From: an uncultured Gammaproteobacteria bacterium
Lineage (GTDB): Bacteria; Pseudomonadota; Gammaproteobacteria; Poriferisulfidales; GCA-002705445
Reading direction: 5' to 3'
Length of the DNA: 64,000 nt
Assembly: GCA_913065025.1 (NCBI GenBank)
Contig: CAJYAP010000001.1
Span: forward strand, 49,545-113,544
Every line of letters starts with the position of its first letter. Position 1 is the first letter of the stretch. A program made the position numbers and the translations under genes. This document shows, one piece after another, positions 39,187 to 50,192 of the stretch. The notes under the pieces were generated by a model, which saw nothing but the letters and a program-made list of their open reading frames with translations, was not told where the DNA came from and did no database searches.

Positions 39187-41604
39187 ATGCAGGAAAATTA
39201 CAACCCAAAAAGCATAGAAAAAAAAATACAGAATGATTGGTATTCAAATAAAACTTTTGAAGTAAAAGAGGACTCAACCAAAGAAAAGTTTTATTGCTTG
39301 TCTATGTTTCCGTACCCTAGCGGAAATCTCCATATGGGGCATGTTAGAAACTATACTATTAGCGATGTTTTTGCAAGATATCACCGAATGCTTGGAAAAA
39401 ATGTTCTCCATCCGATTGGATGGGATGCATTTGGCCTTCCAGCAGAGAATGCTGCCATGGATAATAATTTGTCTCCAAAGGATTGGACTAATACAAATAT
39501 TCAAAATATGCGAGAACAACTTAAGTCTATAGGCTTTAGTTATGATTGGAGTAGAGAAATTTCAACCTGTTCAGAAAAATACTATAAATGGGAACAATGG
39601 TTTTTTATTGAGCTATTTAAAAAAAATCTTGTATATAAGAAAGAATCACTTGTTAATTGGGACCCTGTAGATAATACAGTTTTAGCTAACGAACAAGTTA
39701 TTGATGGCAAAGGCTGGAGATCTGGAGCCGATGTTGAAAAAAAGAAGATTTCTCAGTGGTTTTTAAAAACCTCTAGCTACTCAGATGACCTTTTAAAGGA
39801 TCTTGATGAATTGAAGGGTAATTGGCCTGATAACGTTATTACTATGCAAAAAAACTGGATAGGAGAATCTCATGGAGCAGAAGTTGTATTTGAAACATCT
39901 TTAAATATTGTAATTAATGTATTTACCACACGCCCAGACACTATTTTTGGCGTTACGTTTATCGCTATAGCTGCAGATCATGATTTTATAGAAACTTGTG
40001 ATAATAAAGTTAAAAGTTATAGCCAACATCTTTTAAAAAATGATAATGATAATAAGCGTGACAAAAATGACCCTAATGGGTTGTTTACAGGTATATACGC
40101 AACACACCCCATAACAAAAAAGTTAATTCCAGTTTGGGTTGCTAACTATGTCCTTACAGGCTATGGAACAGGTGCTGTTATGGGCGTCCCAGCACACGAT
40201 CAAAGAGACTACAATTTTGCGCATAAATATAATATTGATGTAATAAAGGTAATAGATAGTAAAAATTCAGATGAAGACGTTTATACAGGGCATGGTAAAA
40301 TAATTAACTCATTACATTTCAATGGTTTAGAAAGTAAACATTCATTAGAATCTATAATAAAATATATCGCAGAAAATAATTTTGGCAAGGCAGTAAAAAA
40401 TTACAAATTAAGAGATTGGGGAATATCTAGACAAAGGTATTGGGGTTGTCCAATACCAATTATATACAGAGAAGATGGCGAGGTTTTAGCTGTAGAACAA
40501 AGCGAACTTCCAATTAAACTTCCGGAAGATATTGATTTTTCAACAAGCGGAAACCCTTTAGAGAATCACCCTACATGGAAGCACACAAAATGTAGTAAGA
40601 CTGGATTAAAAGCGATAAGAGAAACAGATACATTAGATACATTTTTTGAATCAAGCTGGTATCAGTCTCGCTTTTGTAGTCCAGATAATACAAAAAAAAT
40701 GATAGGTGATGAGGCTAATTATTGGCTTCCAGTTGACATCTACATAGGTGGTATAGAACATGCTGTACTTCATTTACTGTACGCTAGATTTTTTCATAAG
40801 CTACTTAGAGATCATGGGATATTAAATTCAAACGAGCCTTTTAAAAAATTAATAACACAGGGAATGGTTTTAAAAGATGGATCTAAAATGTCCAAATCTA
40901 AAGGTAATACTATTGATCCAAAATTATTGATAGACAAATACGGAGCTGACACGGTAAGACTGTTTATTATTTTTGCTGCACCAGTAGAAAACTCACTTGA
41001 ATGGTCAGACCATGGAGTTGAAGGTTCTCATAAATTTTTGAATAGGCTATGGACTACAGGATATAAAATTAAAAATTTTACCAATGAAGTCAGAGATGTG
41101 AAAAATGAAGATGAGAAAAAATTAAAAATAATTACAAATAAAGCTATTGTGAAAATAACCGATGATTATGGCGAAAGAGCAAGTTTAAATACTGTTGTAT
41201 CAACGTGCATGGAAATGCTTAATAGTATAAATCAATCTATACAATCTAACTCAGTAAGCACCATCGCAATATTTGATGCGTACAAAGTATTAATATCACT
41301 ACTAATGCCAATAACACCTCACATATGTGAAGAGCTATTTAAAAATTTAGGACTAGCTTACGATAATACTTGTGTTACATGGCCTAAAGCTAACAAAGAC
41401 TTTATTAAAGACGATAATATGCTGATAATCATCCAAATAAATGGAAAAGTAAGAAAAAAAATTGATGTTAAATCCAATACATCTCAAGAAAAAATCGAGA
41501 AATATGTTTTATCTCTTGAAGATATTAAAAAATACACGAATAGTAAGGAAATAAAAAAAATAATTTATATAAAAGAAAAACTTGTTAATATAGTAGTAGA
41601 ATGA
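39187..41604 (+). CDS. leuS: Leucine--tRNA ligase
   Basis: MFPYPSG.LHMGH, TTRPDT and [15 protein letters not shown] (editing domain), [17 protein letters not shown]. Confidence 0.98.
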   Translation: MQENYNPKSIEKKIQNDWYSNKTFEVKEDSTKEKFYCLSMFPYPSGNLHMGHVRNYTISDVFARYHRMLGKNVLHPIGWDAFGLPAENAAMDNNLSPKDWTNTNIQNMREQLKSIGFSYDWSREISTCSEKYYKWEQWFFIELFKKNLVYKKESLVNWDPVDNTVLANEQVIDGKGWRSGADVEKKKISQWFLKTSSYSDDLLKDLDELKGNWPDNVITMQKNWIGESHGAEVVFETSLNIVINVFTTRPDTIFGVTFIAIAADHDFIETCDNKVKSYSQHLLKNDNDNKRDKNDPNGLFTGIYATHPITKKLIPVWVANYVLTGYGTGAVMGVPAHDQRDYNFAHKYNIDVIKVIDSKNSDEDVYTGHGKIINSLHFNGLESKHSLESIIKYIAENNFGKAVKNYKLRDWGISRQRYWGCPIPIIYREDGEVLAVEQSELPIKLPEDIDFSTSGNPLENHPTWKHTKCSKTGLKAIRETDTLDTFFESSWYQSRFCSPDNTKKMIGDEANYWLPVDIYIGGIEHAVLHLLYARFFHKLLRDHGILNSNEPFKKLITQGMVLKDGSKMSKSKGNTIDPKLLIDKYGADTVRLFIIFAAPVENSLEWSDHGVEGSHKFLNRLWTTGYKIKNFTNEVRDVKNEDEKKLKIITNKAIVKITDDYGERASLNTVVSTCMEMLNSINQSIQSNSVSTIAIFDAYKVLISLLMPITPHICEELFKNLGLAYDNTCVTWPKANKDFIKDDNMLIIIQINGKVRKKIDVKSNTSQEKIEKYVLSLEDIKKYTNSKEIKKIIYIKEKLVNIVVE

Positions 41605-42083
41605 AATTATTAAAAAGAATCACCACTATGTGTTTACTCTTGTCTATAGCCTTGCTTCAGGGTTGCGGTTATAAGTTGGGAGGTTTAGAATCAATCGGTG
41701 ATAATTCATCTAAAACCGCATCAATAAAACTTATCTCACCAAAATCTTTAAAACAGAAATTTGTTAACGCTGGCTTTAAATTAGATGAAAATAAATTTGA
41801 ATTTTTAGTCGAAGTAGAAGGACCATTTCAAAAGAAAGAGACTTCGTCGATAACTAGTTCAGCTACAGAAAGAGAATTCACGCTTACAGTAACAATGATC
41901 GTATCCGTTACTAATGACGCCGGAAAAGTCTTAATTGATAGAAAATACTTATCTAAATCAAGAGATCATACATTTTCATCATCAACAATTAATAGTTCTG
42001 AAAGTGAAGAAAATATTATCAACGGTGAAATTAATAAATCTTTAGAAGTTGATATTATTAATATATTGCGAAGTGTAATTTAA
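41601..42083 (+). CDS. lptE: LPS assembly lipoprotein LptE
   Basis: Lipobox LLQGC followed by GYKL; directly downstream of leuS. Confidence 0.75.
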   Translation: MKLLKRITTMCLLLSIALLQGCGYKLGGLESIGDNSSKTASIKLISPKSLKQKFVNAGFKLDENKFEFLVEVEGPFQKKETSSITSSATEREFTLTVTMIVSVTNDAGKVLIDRKYLSKSRDHTFSSSTINSSESEENIINGEINKSLEVDIINILRSVI

Positions 42084-42094
42084 AATTTAATGCA

Positions 42095-42790
42095 TCAGTT
42101 TTTTGGTGATAAAAACTCTCTATATAAATAACCAATTAATGATGTGCTAAGTATTGTGAAAAATATTTGAAGAAATATTGAAATTAATAAAAAAACTTCT
42201 TTAAACTCATAAAATTCTGAATAATAGGAAATAGCTATATTTATTAGCAAATACGGGATTACGATTAAAATATAAAAAAAATAAATTTTCAAAGATTTTC
42301 CTCTTGTTAAATTATACGAATCTTTAAGATTTTTTTTTATATTACAAGCTGCCGCTGGAAGTATAAACATAATTCTTGAATAAATATAAATCATGTATAT
42401 AAGAAACGCATATAAATATAATGTTATTTTTGATATTTCTTCAGGAAAAAAAGGAGATAATATTATAATGTGTAATATATAGATACCAATAACGCTTGCT
42501 AGTAAATAAAATATTCTGTTCAAAAAAAGCTTTGTATAATTATTATTTAATATTTCAAAATAATTATTACCTATTCCTTTATCTAAAATAATATTTCTAA
42601 AAATATTTACAACTACTGGCGCTGAAATAATTAAATAACCAATAAAAAAAAGTAGTACCAAAAAAACATTTTGAGCGAGCATAACTAGAAATTGACTTAG
42701 TATTAGATATACGAGTAATGGAGTATAATTTTTCCATGATATTTTTATAAAATAAAAAGTATATAAAAGTGATTTTAAAACTATTCTCAT
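42095..42790 (-). CDS. Hypothetical integral membrane protein
   Basis: About 6 hydrophobic helices; R..FILPAAA...L..SY.LTRG motif; overlaps the stop of the upstream gene. Confidence 0.7.
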   Translation of the reverse strand: MRIVLKSLLYTFYFIKISWKNYTPLLVYLILSQFLVMLAQNVFLVLLFFIGYLIISAPVVVNIFRNIILDKGIGNNYFEILNNNYTKLFLNRIFYLLASVIGIYILHIIILSPFFPEEISKITLYLYAFLIYMIYIYSRIMFILPAAACNIKKNLKDSYNLTRGKSLKIYFFYILIVIPYLLINIAISYYSEFYEFKEVFLLISIFLQIFFTILSTSLIGYLYREFLSPKN

Positions 42791-43671
42791 TTATTTTTTT
42801 CTTTCACTGTTAAGTAGTATGATGAAGAGTCTTTTTCACTATGACCATTTTTATTACATTCATTCATGTATTGTGTCACTAAATTCGTTCCTTTTAAATT
42901 AAGTTTCTTTTTTACAGAAATACCTCGTGCAATTCTAAGGTCCTTCGCATGAAGTTTAGTTTTAAATCCTGGCTTATAATTTTTATTTAATATTCTTTCT
43001 CCATGTGTCTCCAGAGCTTTACTTTTAGCAAATCCACCTAACAATGCCTCGCGAACATTTTTTTTATTTACCTTAAATTTGTCTGCAATTATAAAAGCTT
43101 CGCTGATAGCATGAACTGTTTGGGCAACTATAATTTGATTACAAGCTTTCGCTACTTGTCCTGACCCGGATCCCCCGATATGGGTAATTTTTTCACCGAG
43201 TATTCTAAATATCGGCATTATCTTTGTTACAATATTTTTTTTACCCCCGATCATAATTGATAATTTTCCTTCTATAGCGCCAATTTCTCCTCCAGAAACG
43301 GGTGCATCAATAAGTGATATTTTATTCTTTTGCAGAACTTTTGAGATATTAATCGTTTCAATTGGGCATATTGTACTCATATCGATAATTATTGATGGTT
43401 TATTTTTTTTCGCAATCAGGCCATCCTTTCCTATTAAAAGTTGTTTTACATCACTTGTTTCAGATACAACAAGAATTAAAATATCTATTTCACTATAGAA
43501 GTCATCAATACTATGAATAATTTTTATTCTATTTTTTTTTATAAAGCTGTGATTGTTTTTGTTACGTACATAGCTGTATACGTCATATTTAGACTTAATA
43601 AGGTTTTTTGCCATTGGTAAACCCATAATTCCTGTGCCAATAAAACCAATTTTTGTTTTTTTACTAATCAT
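42787..43671 (-). CDS. 2-hydroxy-3-oxopropionate (tartronate semialdehyde) reductase-like beta-hydroxyacid dehydrogenase
   Basis: GFIGTGIMG.PMA, DMST, DAPVSGGEIGA, GQVAKACNQ, ALLGGFA.S..LE.HG.R, PGF...LH.KDL (GlxR/GarR-like). Confidence 0.85.
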   Translation of the reverse strand: MISKKTKIGFIGTGIMGLPMAKNLIKSKYDVYSYVRNKNNHSFIKKNRIKIIHSIDDFYSEIDILILVVSETSDVKQLLIGKDGLIAKKNKPSIIIDMSTICPIETINISKVLQKNKISLIDAPVSGGEIGAIEGKLSIMIGGKKNIVTKIMPIFRILGEKITHIGGSGSGQVAKACNQIIVAQTVHAISEAFIIADKFKVNKKNVREALLGGFAKSKALETHGERILNKNYKPGFKTKLHAKDLRIARGISVKKKLNLKGTNLVTQYMNECNKNGHSEKDSSSYYLTVKEKNK

Positions 43672-43718
43672 ATATAAAATAATTTTAGTTTAATGTTTAA
43701 TAGGTTAATATAATTAAA

Positions 43719-44747
43719 ATGCAAATATATTACAATCAATTAGATGCTAAATTAAAAGATAATATAATGCCTATCTATATAATTGCTGGTAATGAGATAT
43801 ATCAAGAAGAAGTATGTATTGAAAAAATTTTAAAAAAAGCGCAAGAAGCTGATTTTCATGATCATGAAGTTATTTATGTAGAAAAAACTTTCGATTGGGA
43901 TAACCTCAGTTCTATAAATTCAAATCTATCGCTTTTTGCTAATAAAAAAATTATAGAGCTACGATTTCTTACAAAAAGTGTTGGCTTGAATGCTGAGAAA
44001 AAAATCTTAGAAATGATAGATAATTTTTCTTCTGATAATATTTTAATTTTTAGACTTCCTGAACTAAAAGCTGCAGATTTTAAAAAAAAATACTTAGGCA
44101 TTAAGAGTGATAATGTTGGCTTGATAAGACTATTTCCTTTAACAAAGAAAAATATGATAGATGAATTAAATATTTCTTCAAAAAAATTAAATTATAAAAT
44201 TAATTCAAACTGCATCAACTTTATTTCAGATTTATATGAAGGTAATATGATATCTGCAAATCAAGCACTTATTAAACTAGATTTGATGATTAAAGATAAC
44301 GAGGATATTAACCTTGAATTTCTAAAGAAAGTTTTTTCAAAAGATGTTGACTTTGAGGCAAGCAATCTTGTAGATTATGCAATCGAGGGTAATCTTACTA
44401 AGATCAATACATGTGTTAACTTCCTTAAAGAGAATAATTATCCAACTCAATATATTATATGGTCATTTATTAGGTCTTTCAGAGCTATTTTATTTAATCT
44501 TGATTCTTTAGCTAATGGAAAAACTAAAGAAGATATATTAAGAAATATATGGCCTTACGAGAGAAAAAATTTGATGTCATTTTCTTTAAAGAAGCTTTCG
44601 CAAAAAAAGATCGAAGCTTACCTTGGAATTCTTGTAAGAATTGATATGCAATCAAAAAATGTACTTGATGGTAATATATGGGATTCAATACAGGACTTAT
44701 CTATTTCCGTAGCAAAAAATAAACTTTCAGTTATCAAATATACTTAA
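43719..44747 (+). CDS. holA: DNA polymerase III delta subunit
   Basis: Y..AG.E, SLFA.KKIIELR, EGN......KL, D...K; near leuS-lptE and ahead of proA. Confidence 0.85.
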   Translation: MQIYYNQLDAKLKDNIMPIYIIAGNEIYQEEVCIEKILKKAQEADFHDHEVIYVEKTFDWDNLSSINSNLSLFANKKIIELRFLTKSVGLNAEKKILEMIDNFSSDNILIFRLPELKAADFKKKYLGIKSDNVGLIRLFPLTKKNMIDELNISSKKLNYKINSNCINFISDLYEGNMISANQALIKLDLMIKDNEDINLEFLKKVFSKDVDFEASNLVDYAIEGNLTKINTCVNFLKENNYPTQYIIWSFIRSFRAILFNLDSLANGKTKEDILRNIWPYERKNLMSFSLKKLSQKKIEAYLGILVRIDMQSKNVLDGNIWDSIQDLSISVAKNKLSVIKYT

Positions 44748-44759
44748 TATAATGTGTTT

Positions 44760-46016
44760 ATGAAAATTAAAGAATATGTAAAAAATATATGTGTTAATGC
44801 TAAATCCTCTTCCCAAGAAATTTCTTGTCTGTCAGAAAGCGAAAAAAACACCATTTTAGAGTCATTAATTGATGAGATTAATTTATATAGAAATAAGATT
44901 AAAGATTCAAATACTAATGATATCGAGTGTCTCAAAACAACTGACAATTTTAATAATGCTTTTGTCGATAGATTATTGATAGATGATCTAAGAATTGACT
45001 CTATGATTAGCAGCATTAAAGAAATTATAGAATTTAAAGATCCAGTTGGACAGATAAAGGATATCGAGTTAATGCCTAGTGGCATTAAAGTTGGCAAAAT
45101 GTCTATGCCATTAGGTGTAATTGCTATGATTTATGAATCAAGACCCAATGTAACAATTGATGCATCAGCGTTATGCATTAAATCAGGTAATTCCATTATA
45201 TTAAGAGGTGGTTCTGAATCCATTAATACAAATATAGTTTTATCAGAGTGTATAAAAAATGCCTTAGTTAAGAATAATGTAAGTGAAAATATTGTTCAAT
45301 TAATTGATAAAACTGATAGAGATATTGTTAATGAATTATTAGTTCAAAATAAATATATAGATATTGTCATACCAAGGGGAGGAAAGAATTTAATTAAACT
45401 CGTTGACGAGCTAGCGTCAATTCCTGTTCTTAAGCACTTAGACGGTATTTGTCATGTTTTTGTGGACCAACATGCCGATATAAGCAAGGCGTTAAAAATA
45501 GCTGTTAATTCTAAAACACAAAGGACAGGAGTTTGTAATGCAATGGAAACATTAATAGTAGATTTTCATATAGCTAAAGAGTTCTTGCCTTTATTAGCTA
45601 AGGAATTAAAAACTCATAATGTTGAATTAAGAGGCTGTAAAAATACAAAGAGTATTTTAAATCAAGTAAAGCAAGCTTCTGAATTAGATTGGAGCACAGA
45701 GTATTTAGATTCAATTTTATCGATAATAGTTTTAGATGGATGTTCTGAAGCTATCAAACATATTTCAAAGTATGGCTCAGGACATACAGATGTTATAGTA
45801 ACCGAAAATAAAGAAACAGCAGCTATGTTTTTAAGAAATATAGATTCTAGCTCGGTAATGCATAATGCCTCATCAAGATTTGCAGATGGATTTGAATATG
45901 GCTTGGGTGCAGAAATTGGAATTAGCACAAATAAACTCCATGCAAGAGGCCCCGTTGGAATTGAGGGTCTTACGAATGAAAAATTTATTGTTTTAGGTGA
46001 CGGAAACATAAGGTAA
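44760..46016 (+). CDS. proA: Gamma-glutamyl phosphate reductase
   Basis: PLGVIAMIYESRPNVT, LRGGSE, IPRGG, CNAMET, NASSRFADG.EYGLGAEIGIST.KLHARGP. Start is ATG 44760 or GTG 44754. Confidence 0.96.
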   Translation: MKIKEYVKNICVNAKSSSQEISCLSESEKNTILESLIDEINLYRNKIKDSNTNDIECLKTTDNFNNAFVDRLLIDDLRIDSMISSIKEIIEFKDPVGQIKDIELMPSGIKVGKMSMPLGVIAMIYESRPNVTIDASALCIKSGNSIILRGGSESINTNIVLSECIKNALVKNNVSENIVQLIDKTDRDIVNELLVQNKYIDIVIPRGGKNLIKLVDELASIPVLKHLDGICHVFVDQHADISKALKIAVNSKTQRTGVCNAMETLIVDFHIAKEFLPLLAKELKTHNVELRGCKNTKSILNQVKQASELDWSTEYLDSILSIIVLDGCSEAIKHISKYGSGHTDVIVTENKETAAMFLRNIDSSSVMHNASSRFADGFEYGLGAEIGISTNKLHARGPVGIEGLTNEKFIVLGDGNIR

Positions 46017-46020
46017 TTTA

Positions 46021-47125
46021 ATGGCTAAAACTGACAATGATTACGAATCCCAAATTTCCAAAATTGGGAATCAAATAGATGAGATCAGGAGGTTTCTTTG
46101 ACATTGAGTCAAAGAAAGGAGAAATCATTAAGCTTAATGAGTCATTACAGGATGAAAATATTTGGTCTGACAGAGAAAAATCTTTATCTATTTCAAAACA
46201 AAAATCTGTTTTAGAAAAAGAATTGAATGAATTTAATGCAATATCCTCTGATTTTATTCAACTTAAAGAATTCAAAGAGCTTTATGATGATGACCAATCG
46301 CTAGAATTAGCAGAATATTTAAATACTGAAATTAAAAAAATGAATCTTTCAGTTCAAAAATTATCCTTTATTAAAATTTTTAGCGGAAAATCTGATGATT
46401 GTAATGCTTTTCTTGATATACAGTCTGGCTCAGGCGGAACAGAAGCCCAAGATTGGGCTGAGATACTCTTAAGAATGTATTCAAGATGGGGTGAAAAACA
46501 TGATTTTGATATCGAAACTATAGATATAACTAGTGGAGAAGTAGCTGGAATAAAAAGTGCTACACTTAAATTTAATGGTAAATATGCCTTTGGTTGGTTA
46601 AGAACAGAAACTGGAGTACATAGATTAGTAAGAAAATCTCCTTTTGATTCAGGTAGTAGAAGACATACATCTTTTGCTTCAGTATTTGTTTCGCCAGAAA
46701 TAAATGATGATATTGAGATAGATATAGACCCAAGCGATCTAAGAATTGATGTATTTAGAGCAAGTGGTGCTGGCGGGCAGCATGTAAATAAAACTGAATC
46801 TGCTGTTAGAATTACGCATATAAAATCTGGAGTAGTAACTCAATGTCAAAATGGTAGGTCTCAACACAAGAACAAAGATACCGCAATGAAGCAGCTTAAA
46901 GCAAAGCTGTATGAAATAGAAATGCAAAAAAAAAGAAATGAACAGGACAATATAGAGAATGAAAAAGCTGACATAGGATGGGGCAGCCAGATAAGGTCAT
47001 ATGTTTTAGATCAATCAAGAATAAAAGATTTAAGAACAAATATAGAAACAAGCAATACGCAATCAGTTTTAGATGGTAATATTGATTTATTTATAGAAGC
47101 AAGTTTAAAAAAAGGTGAAAAATAA
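46021..47125 (+). CDS. prfB: Peptide chain release factor 2, translated via a programmed +1 frameshift
   Basis: Short frame-0 ORF from ATG 46021 ends ...AGG AGG TTT CTT TGA C; the +1 frame continues (DIESKK...) with the SPF and GGQ motifs; followed by lysS. Confidence 0.96.
46087..46102 (+). promoter_or_regulatory. RF2 autoregulatory frameshift site (internal SD AGGAGG + CTT TGA C)
   Basis: AGGAGG at 46087-46092, 3-nt spacer, CTT at 46096-46098, in-frame TGA at 46099-46101 followed by C. Confidence 0.95.
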
Positions 47126-48609
47126 TGGAAGATAAAAAAAATGATTCTCACAGACTAATTTTAGAAAGAAGAAAAAAATTAGATATTCTTAAGGAATCTG
47201 GAAATAATTATTTAAATAACTTTTCAGGAAATATAAGTTGTAGGGAAATTAAAAAAATATCTGAAAATGAAAATGAAAATGTTATTGGTAATGATAGTAA
47301 AAAATTTATCGTCATGGGTCGAATGATGTCTAAAAGAATTATGGGTAGATCAAGTTTTGCAAATATTAAAGATGAATCTGGCTCAATCCAATTTTATATT
47401 GATAAAAAAATATTTTCAGAAGATCAGTTTAATATTTTCAAAAATTCAGATATTGGAGATATTATTTATGTTGAAGGACATATTTTTAAAACCAAGACTG
47501 AAGAGTTAACAATATTTGCCAGTGATTTTAATGTGGTTACAAAATCACTGAGACCTTTGCCAGAAAAGTTTCATGGCTTATCTGATCAAGAAACTAAATA
47601 CAGAAAAAGATACCTAGATTTAATTTGTAATAAAGATAGTTGGGATACATTTAATGATAGATTTAAAATAATTAAGTCAGTAAGAAATTACTTTGACAAT
47701 AAGGGTTTTATTGAAGTTGAAACTCCAATGATGCAAAAAATTCCTGGGGGTGCATCCGCAAGGCCTTTTGTAACTCACCATAACACCTTAGATATAGATT
47801 TATTTATGCGTATTGCTCCGGAGCTATATCTTAAAAGATTAATAATTGGGGGATTCGAAAAAATTTATGAAATAAATAGAAACTTTAGAAACGAGGGTGT
47901 TTCATCTAAACATAATCCTGAATTTACAATGATCGAGTTCTATCAAACATATTGCAATTATAATGATATGATGAACATTACTGAAGATCTATTGAGACAC
48001 GTTGTTAATGATGTAAAGGGCACTTATTTAATAAATTATCAAGGGCAAGATTTAGATTTTGGAAAACCCTTTAAAAGAATAACTCTAAAGGATTCAATTT
48101 TAGATTATGAGCCAAAACTAAGTAAAGCCGATATTGATGATTCTGAAAAAATCACTAGTTATTGCAAAAAAGAAAATATTGATATTACTGGTTACTCTTC
48201 ATTAGGTGAGATTCAGTTTGCAATTTTTGAAAAAACTGTAGAACCAAATCTTATTGAGCCGACTTTCATTACTGAGTACCCAATTGAAGTTTCCCCATTA
48301 GCTAGAGTCAATAATGAAAACTCACTTATAGCAGATAGATTTGAATTTTTTATTATGGGTAAAGAAATTGCAAATGGCTTTTCAGAACTAAATGATCCTG
48401 ATGATCAGAGAAAAAGATTTGAAAATCAAGCTGCTCTAAAAGAGGGAGGTGATGATGAGGCAATGTATTTCGATGATGACTATATTGAAGCTTTAGAATA
48501 TGGGATGCCGCCAACAGCTGGTGAAGGTATTGGCATAGATAGACTTGTTATGATTTTAACTGACTCACCATCAATTAGAGACGTATTACTATTTCCTCTA
48601 ATGCGTTAA
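47125..48609 (+). CDS. lysS: Lysine--tRNA ligase (class II)
   Basis: LPEKFHGL.DQE..YR.RYLDL, EVETPM, RIAPELYLK, FRNEG, HNPEFT, YGMPPTAG.GIGIDR. Confidence 0.98.
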   Translation: MEDKKNDSHRLILERRKKLDILKESGNNYLNNFSGNISCREIKKISENENENVIGNDSKKFIVMGRMMSKRIMGRSSFANIKDESGSIQFYIDKKIFSEDQFNIFKNSDIGDIIYVEGHIFKTKTEELTIFASDFNVVTKSLRPLPEKFHGLSDQETKYRKRYLDLICNKDSWDTFNDRFKIIKSVRNYFDNKGFIEVETPMMQKIPGGASARPFVTHHNTLDIDLFMRIAPELYLKRLIIGGFEKIYEINRNFRNEGVSSKHNPEFTMIEFYQTYCNYNDMMNITEDLLRHVVNDVKGTYLINYQGQDLDFGKPFKRITLKDSILDYEPKLSKADIDDSEKITSYCKKENIDITGYSSLGEIQFAIFEKTVEPNLIEPTFITEYPIEVSPLARVNNENSLIADRFEFFIMGKEIANGFSELNDPDDQRKRFENQAALKEGGDDEAMYFDDDYIEALEYGMPPTAGEGIGIDRLVMILTDSPSIRDVLLFPLMR

Positions 48610-48612
48610 CTA

Positions 48613-48759
48613 TTAGAAGCCTAGAAAAGCTAAAATAATTAATATAACAAATAAAATAAATAAAAAAATAATAGGACCAAGCATTTCTTTATTTTTTTGA
48701 TTAATATAAATAAATAATAATAAGATTATTACTAGTATTATTATTAAATATTTAATCAT
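48613..48759 (-). CDS. Putative 48-aa two-helix membrane micro-protein (not in the ORF track)
   Basis: MIKYLIIILVIILLLFIYINQKNKEMLGPIIFLFILFVILIILAFLGF*; ATG 1 nt after the ygfZ stop; AAGGAG SD 9 nt upstream; fills the gap to lysS. Confidence 0.6.
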   Translation of the reverse strand: MIKYLIIILVIILLLFIYINQKNKEMLGPIIFLFILFVILIILAFLGF

Positions 48760-48760
48760 C

Positions 48761-49747
48761 TTAGCTTACTCCTTTAATAATTTTTATTTCAGAGTTATCA
48801 TTTATTATAAGTTTTTTATCTTCCATTTCTTTTCTCAGTACCGCTAAGCATAAATAATTTTCATCATTAACTTTTGATATGTTTATTATATCTCCAGCAT
48901 CTTTATTATTATCAGCACTAATAACTTTATCAGAGTAGCTAAAGTTTTCTTTTGATGCAATTTTTAATACATACAGTGATTTTTTTGATTCACCTAAATA
49001 GTGTGTTCTTGCAACAATTTCTTGCCCTGGATAACATCCTTTAGTGAAAGAAACCCCGTCAAGTAAATCAAGAGAGATCATTTGCGGAGTGTATGCTTCT
49101 ATTTTTGATTCTTGTAAAAATGGTATATGGTTTTCTATATCAAGGTAATCCCAAGAACCGTAACCCAATAAATTAGAGTTATTGACATCTATTATCGAAT
49201 TAATATCTTCATTATTAGTTAATATAATGGTCTGATTGGGTGAAATCTTAAATAATATAGAGTTGTTTATTTTTTTAGCTTCATTTCTATCCAGCGTTAT
49301 GTTTTCTGCAAAATTAATTTTAGTATTGCTAGATACCCCTATCAAAACATCATTTATGATTTCAAACTCTACTTTAGACATCATTTTGTACATGTTGAGT
49401 TTTTTTAATAATGGCTGAACAGTATCTAAAGAGGTATATAAGTAATATTCTTTATCTAGTTGAAATATATAGAATATTGATATTAGTCTTCCCTTTGGAT
49501 TACAGTACCCTGACAAAATACCAGTATTATTTTTTAACTCTTTAATGTCATTTGTAAATTGTGTATTTAGAAAATTTTGTGTATCTTCACCTTTGCATTT
49601 TACCAGTACTTTGTTGTTAAGTAATGATACAGATTGCTGATTTATAACTTTTTCAATATCTTTTTTAAAAATATTGTTATATTTTAAACCATAATTATCT
49701 ATAACAGCATCATTGGTAATGAATTTTTTAAAGAAATCGTTTATCAT
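48761..49747 (-). CDS. ygfZ: Folate-binding Fe-S repair/tRNA-modification protein YgfZ (GcvT family)
   Basis: FLNTQFTND, CNPKGR, PQM, VSFTKGCYPGQEIVAR. Confidence 0.92.
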   Translation of the reverse strand: MINDFFKKFITNDAVIDNYGLKYNNIFKKDIEKVINQQSVSLLNNKVLVKCKGEDTQNFLNTQFTNDIKELKNNTGILSGYCNPKGRLISIFYIFQLDKEYYLYTSLDTVQPLLKKLNMYKMMSKVEFEIINDVLIGVSSNTKINFAENITLDRNEAKKINNSILFKISPNQTIILTNNEDINSIIDVNNSNLLGYGSWDYLDIENHIPFLQESKIEAYTPQMISLDLLDGVSFTKGCYPGQEIVARTHYLGESKKSLYVLKIASKENFSYSDKVISADNNKDAGDIINISKVNDENYLCLAVLRKEMEDKKLIINDNSEIKIIKGVS

Positions 49748-49791
49748 AATAAGCTTTATTGGTATTTAATTATTTATAATTTAGGAGAAAA

Positions 49792-50172
49792 ATGTCACTA
49801 TCTAAAGTTCCATTATCACCGCATTTGCAAGTATATAGATTACCCCTTGTTGCTCTTGTGTCAATATCACATAGGGTATGTGGTGTTATAAATGGTATGG
49901 GTTATGCATTATTTATAATATTCTTAATATCGATTGCATCAGGTTTTGAAACCTATAATATTAGTTACATTGTATTTACAAGCACTATTGGCAAGATTTT
50001 ATTGAGTTTATGGTTGTTTTCTCTTTATTTACATATTTGTAATGGTGTAAGACATTTATTTTGGGACTTTGGTTATGGCTTTAGTGGAAATTCACCATTA
50101 ATATCATCACTTTTAGTAGTTTCATTTACAGTATTATTAACTGGTAGCACGATATTACTTTATTTGATGTGA
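49792..50172 (+). CDS. sdhC: Succinate dehydrogenase cytochrome b556 subunit
   Basis: PLSPHLQVYR, SISHR..G, H...GVRHLFWD. Confidence 0.94.
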   Translation: MSLSKVPLSPHLQVYRLPLVALVSISHRVCGVINGMGYALFIIFLISIASGFETYNISYIVFTSTIGKILLSLWLFSLYLHICNGVRHLFWDFGYGFSGNSPLISSLLVVSFTVLLTGSTILLYLM

Positions 50173-50192
50173 AAGTTTTAAAGGAGAACTGA

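Noticed and set aside
46079..46099. RF2 start MRSGGFF, or a prfB pseudogene
   Set aside because: Explained by the canonical programmed frameshift from ATG 46021.
1081..47200. Frequent A7-A9/T7-T9 homopolymer runs as phase-variation sites
   Set aside because: Expected at this AT content, encode Lys/Phe runs in frame, and no associated frameshifted genes were found.
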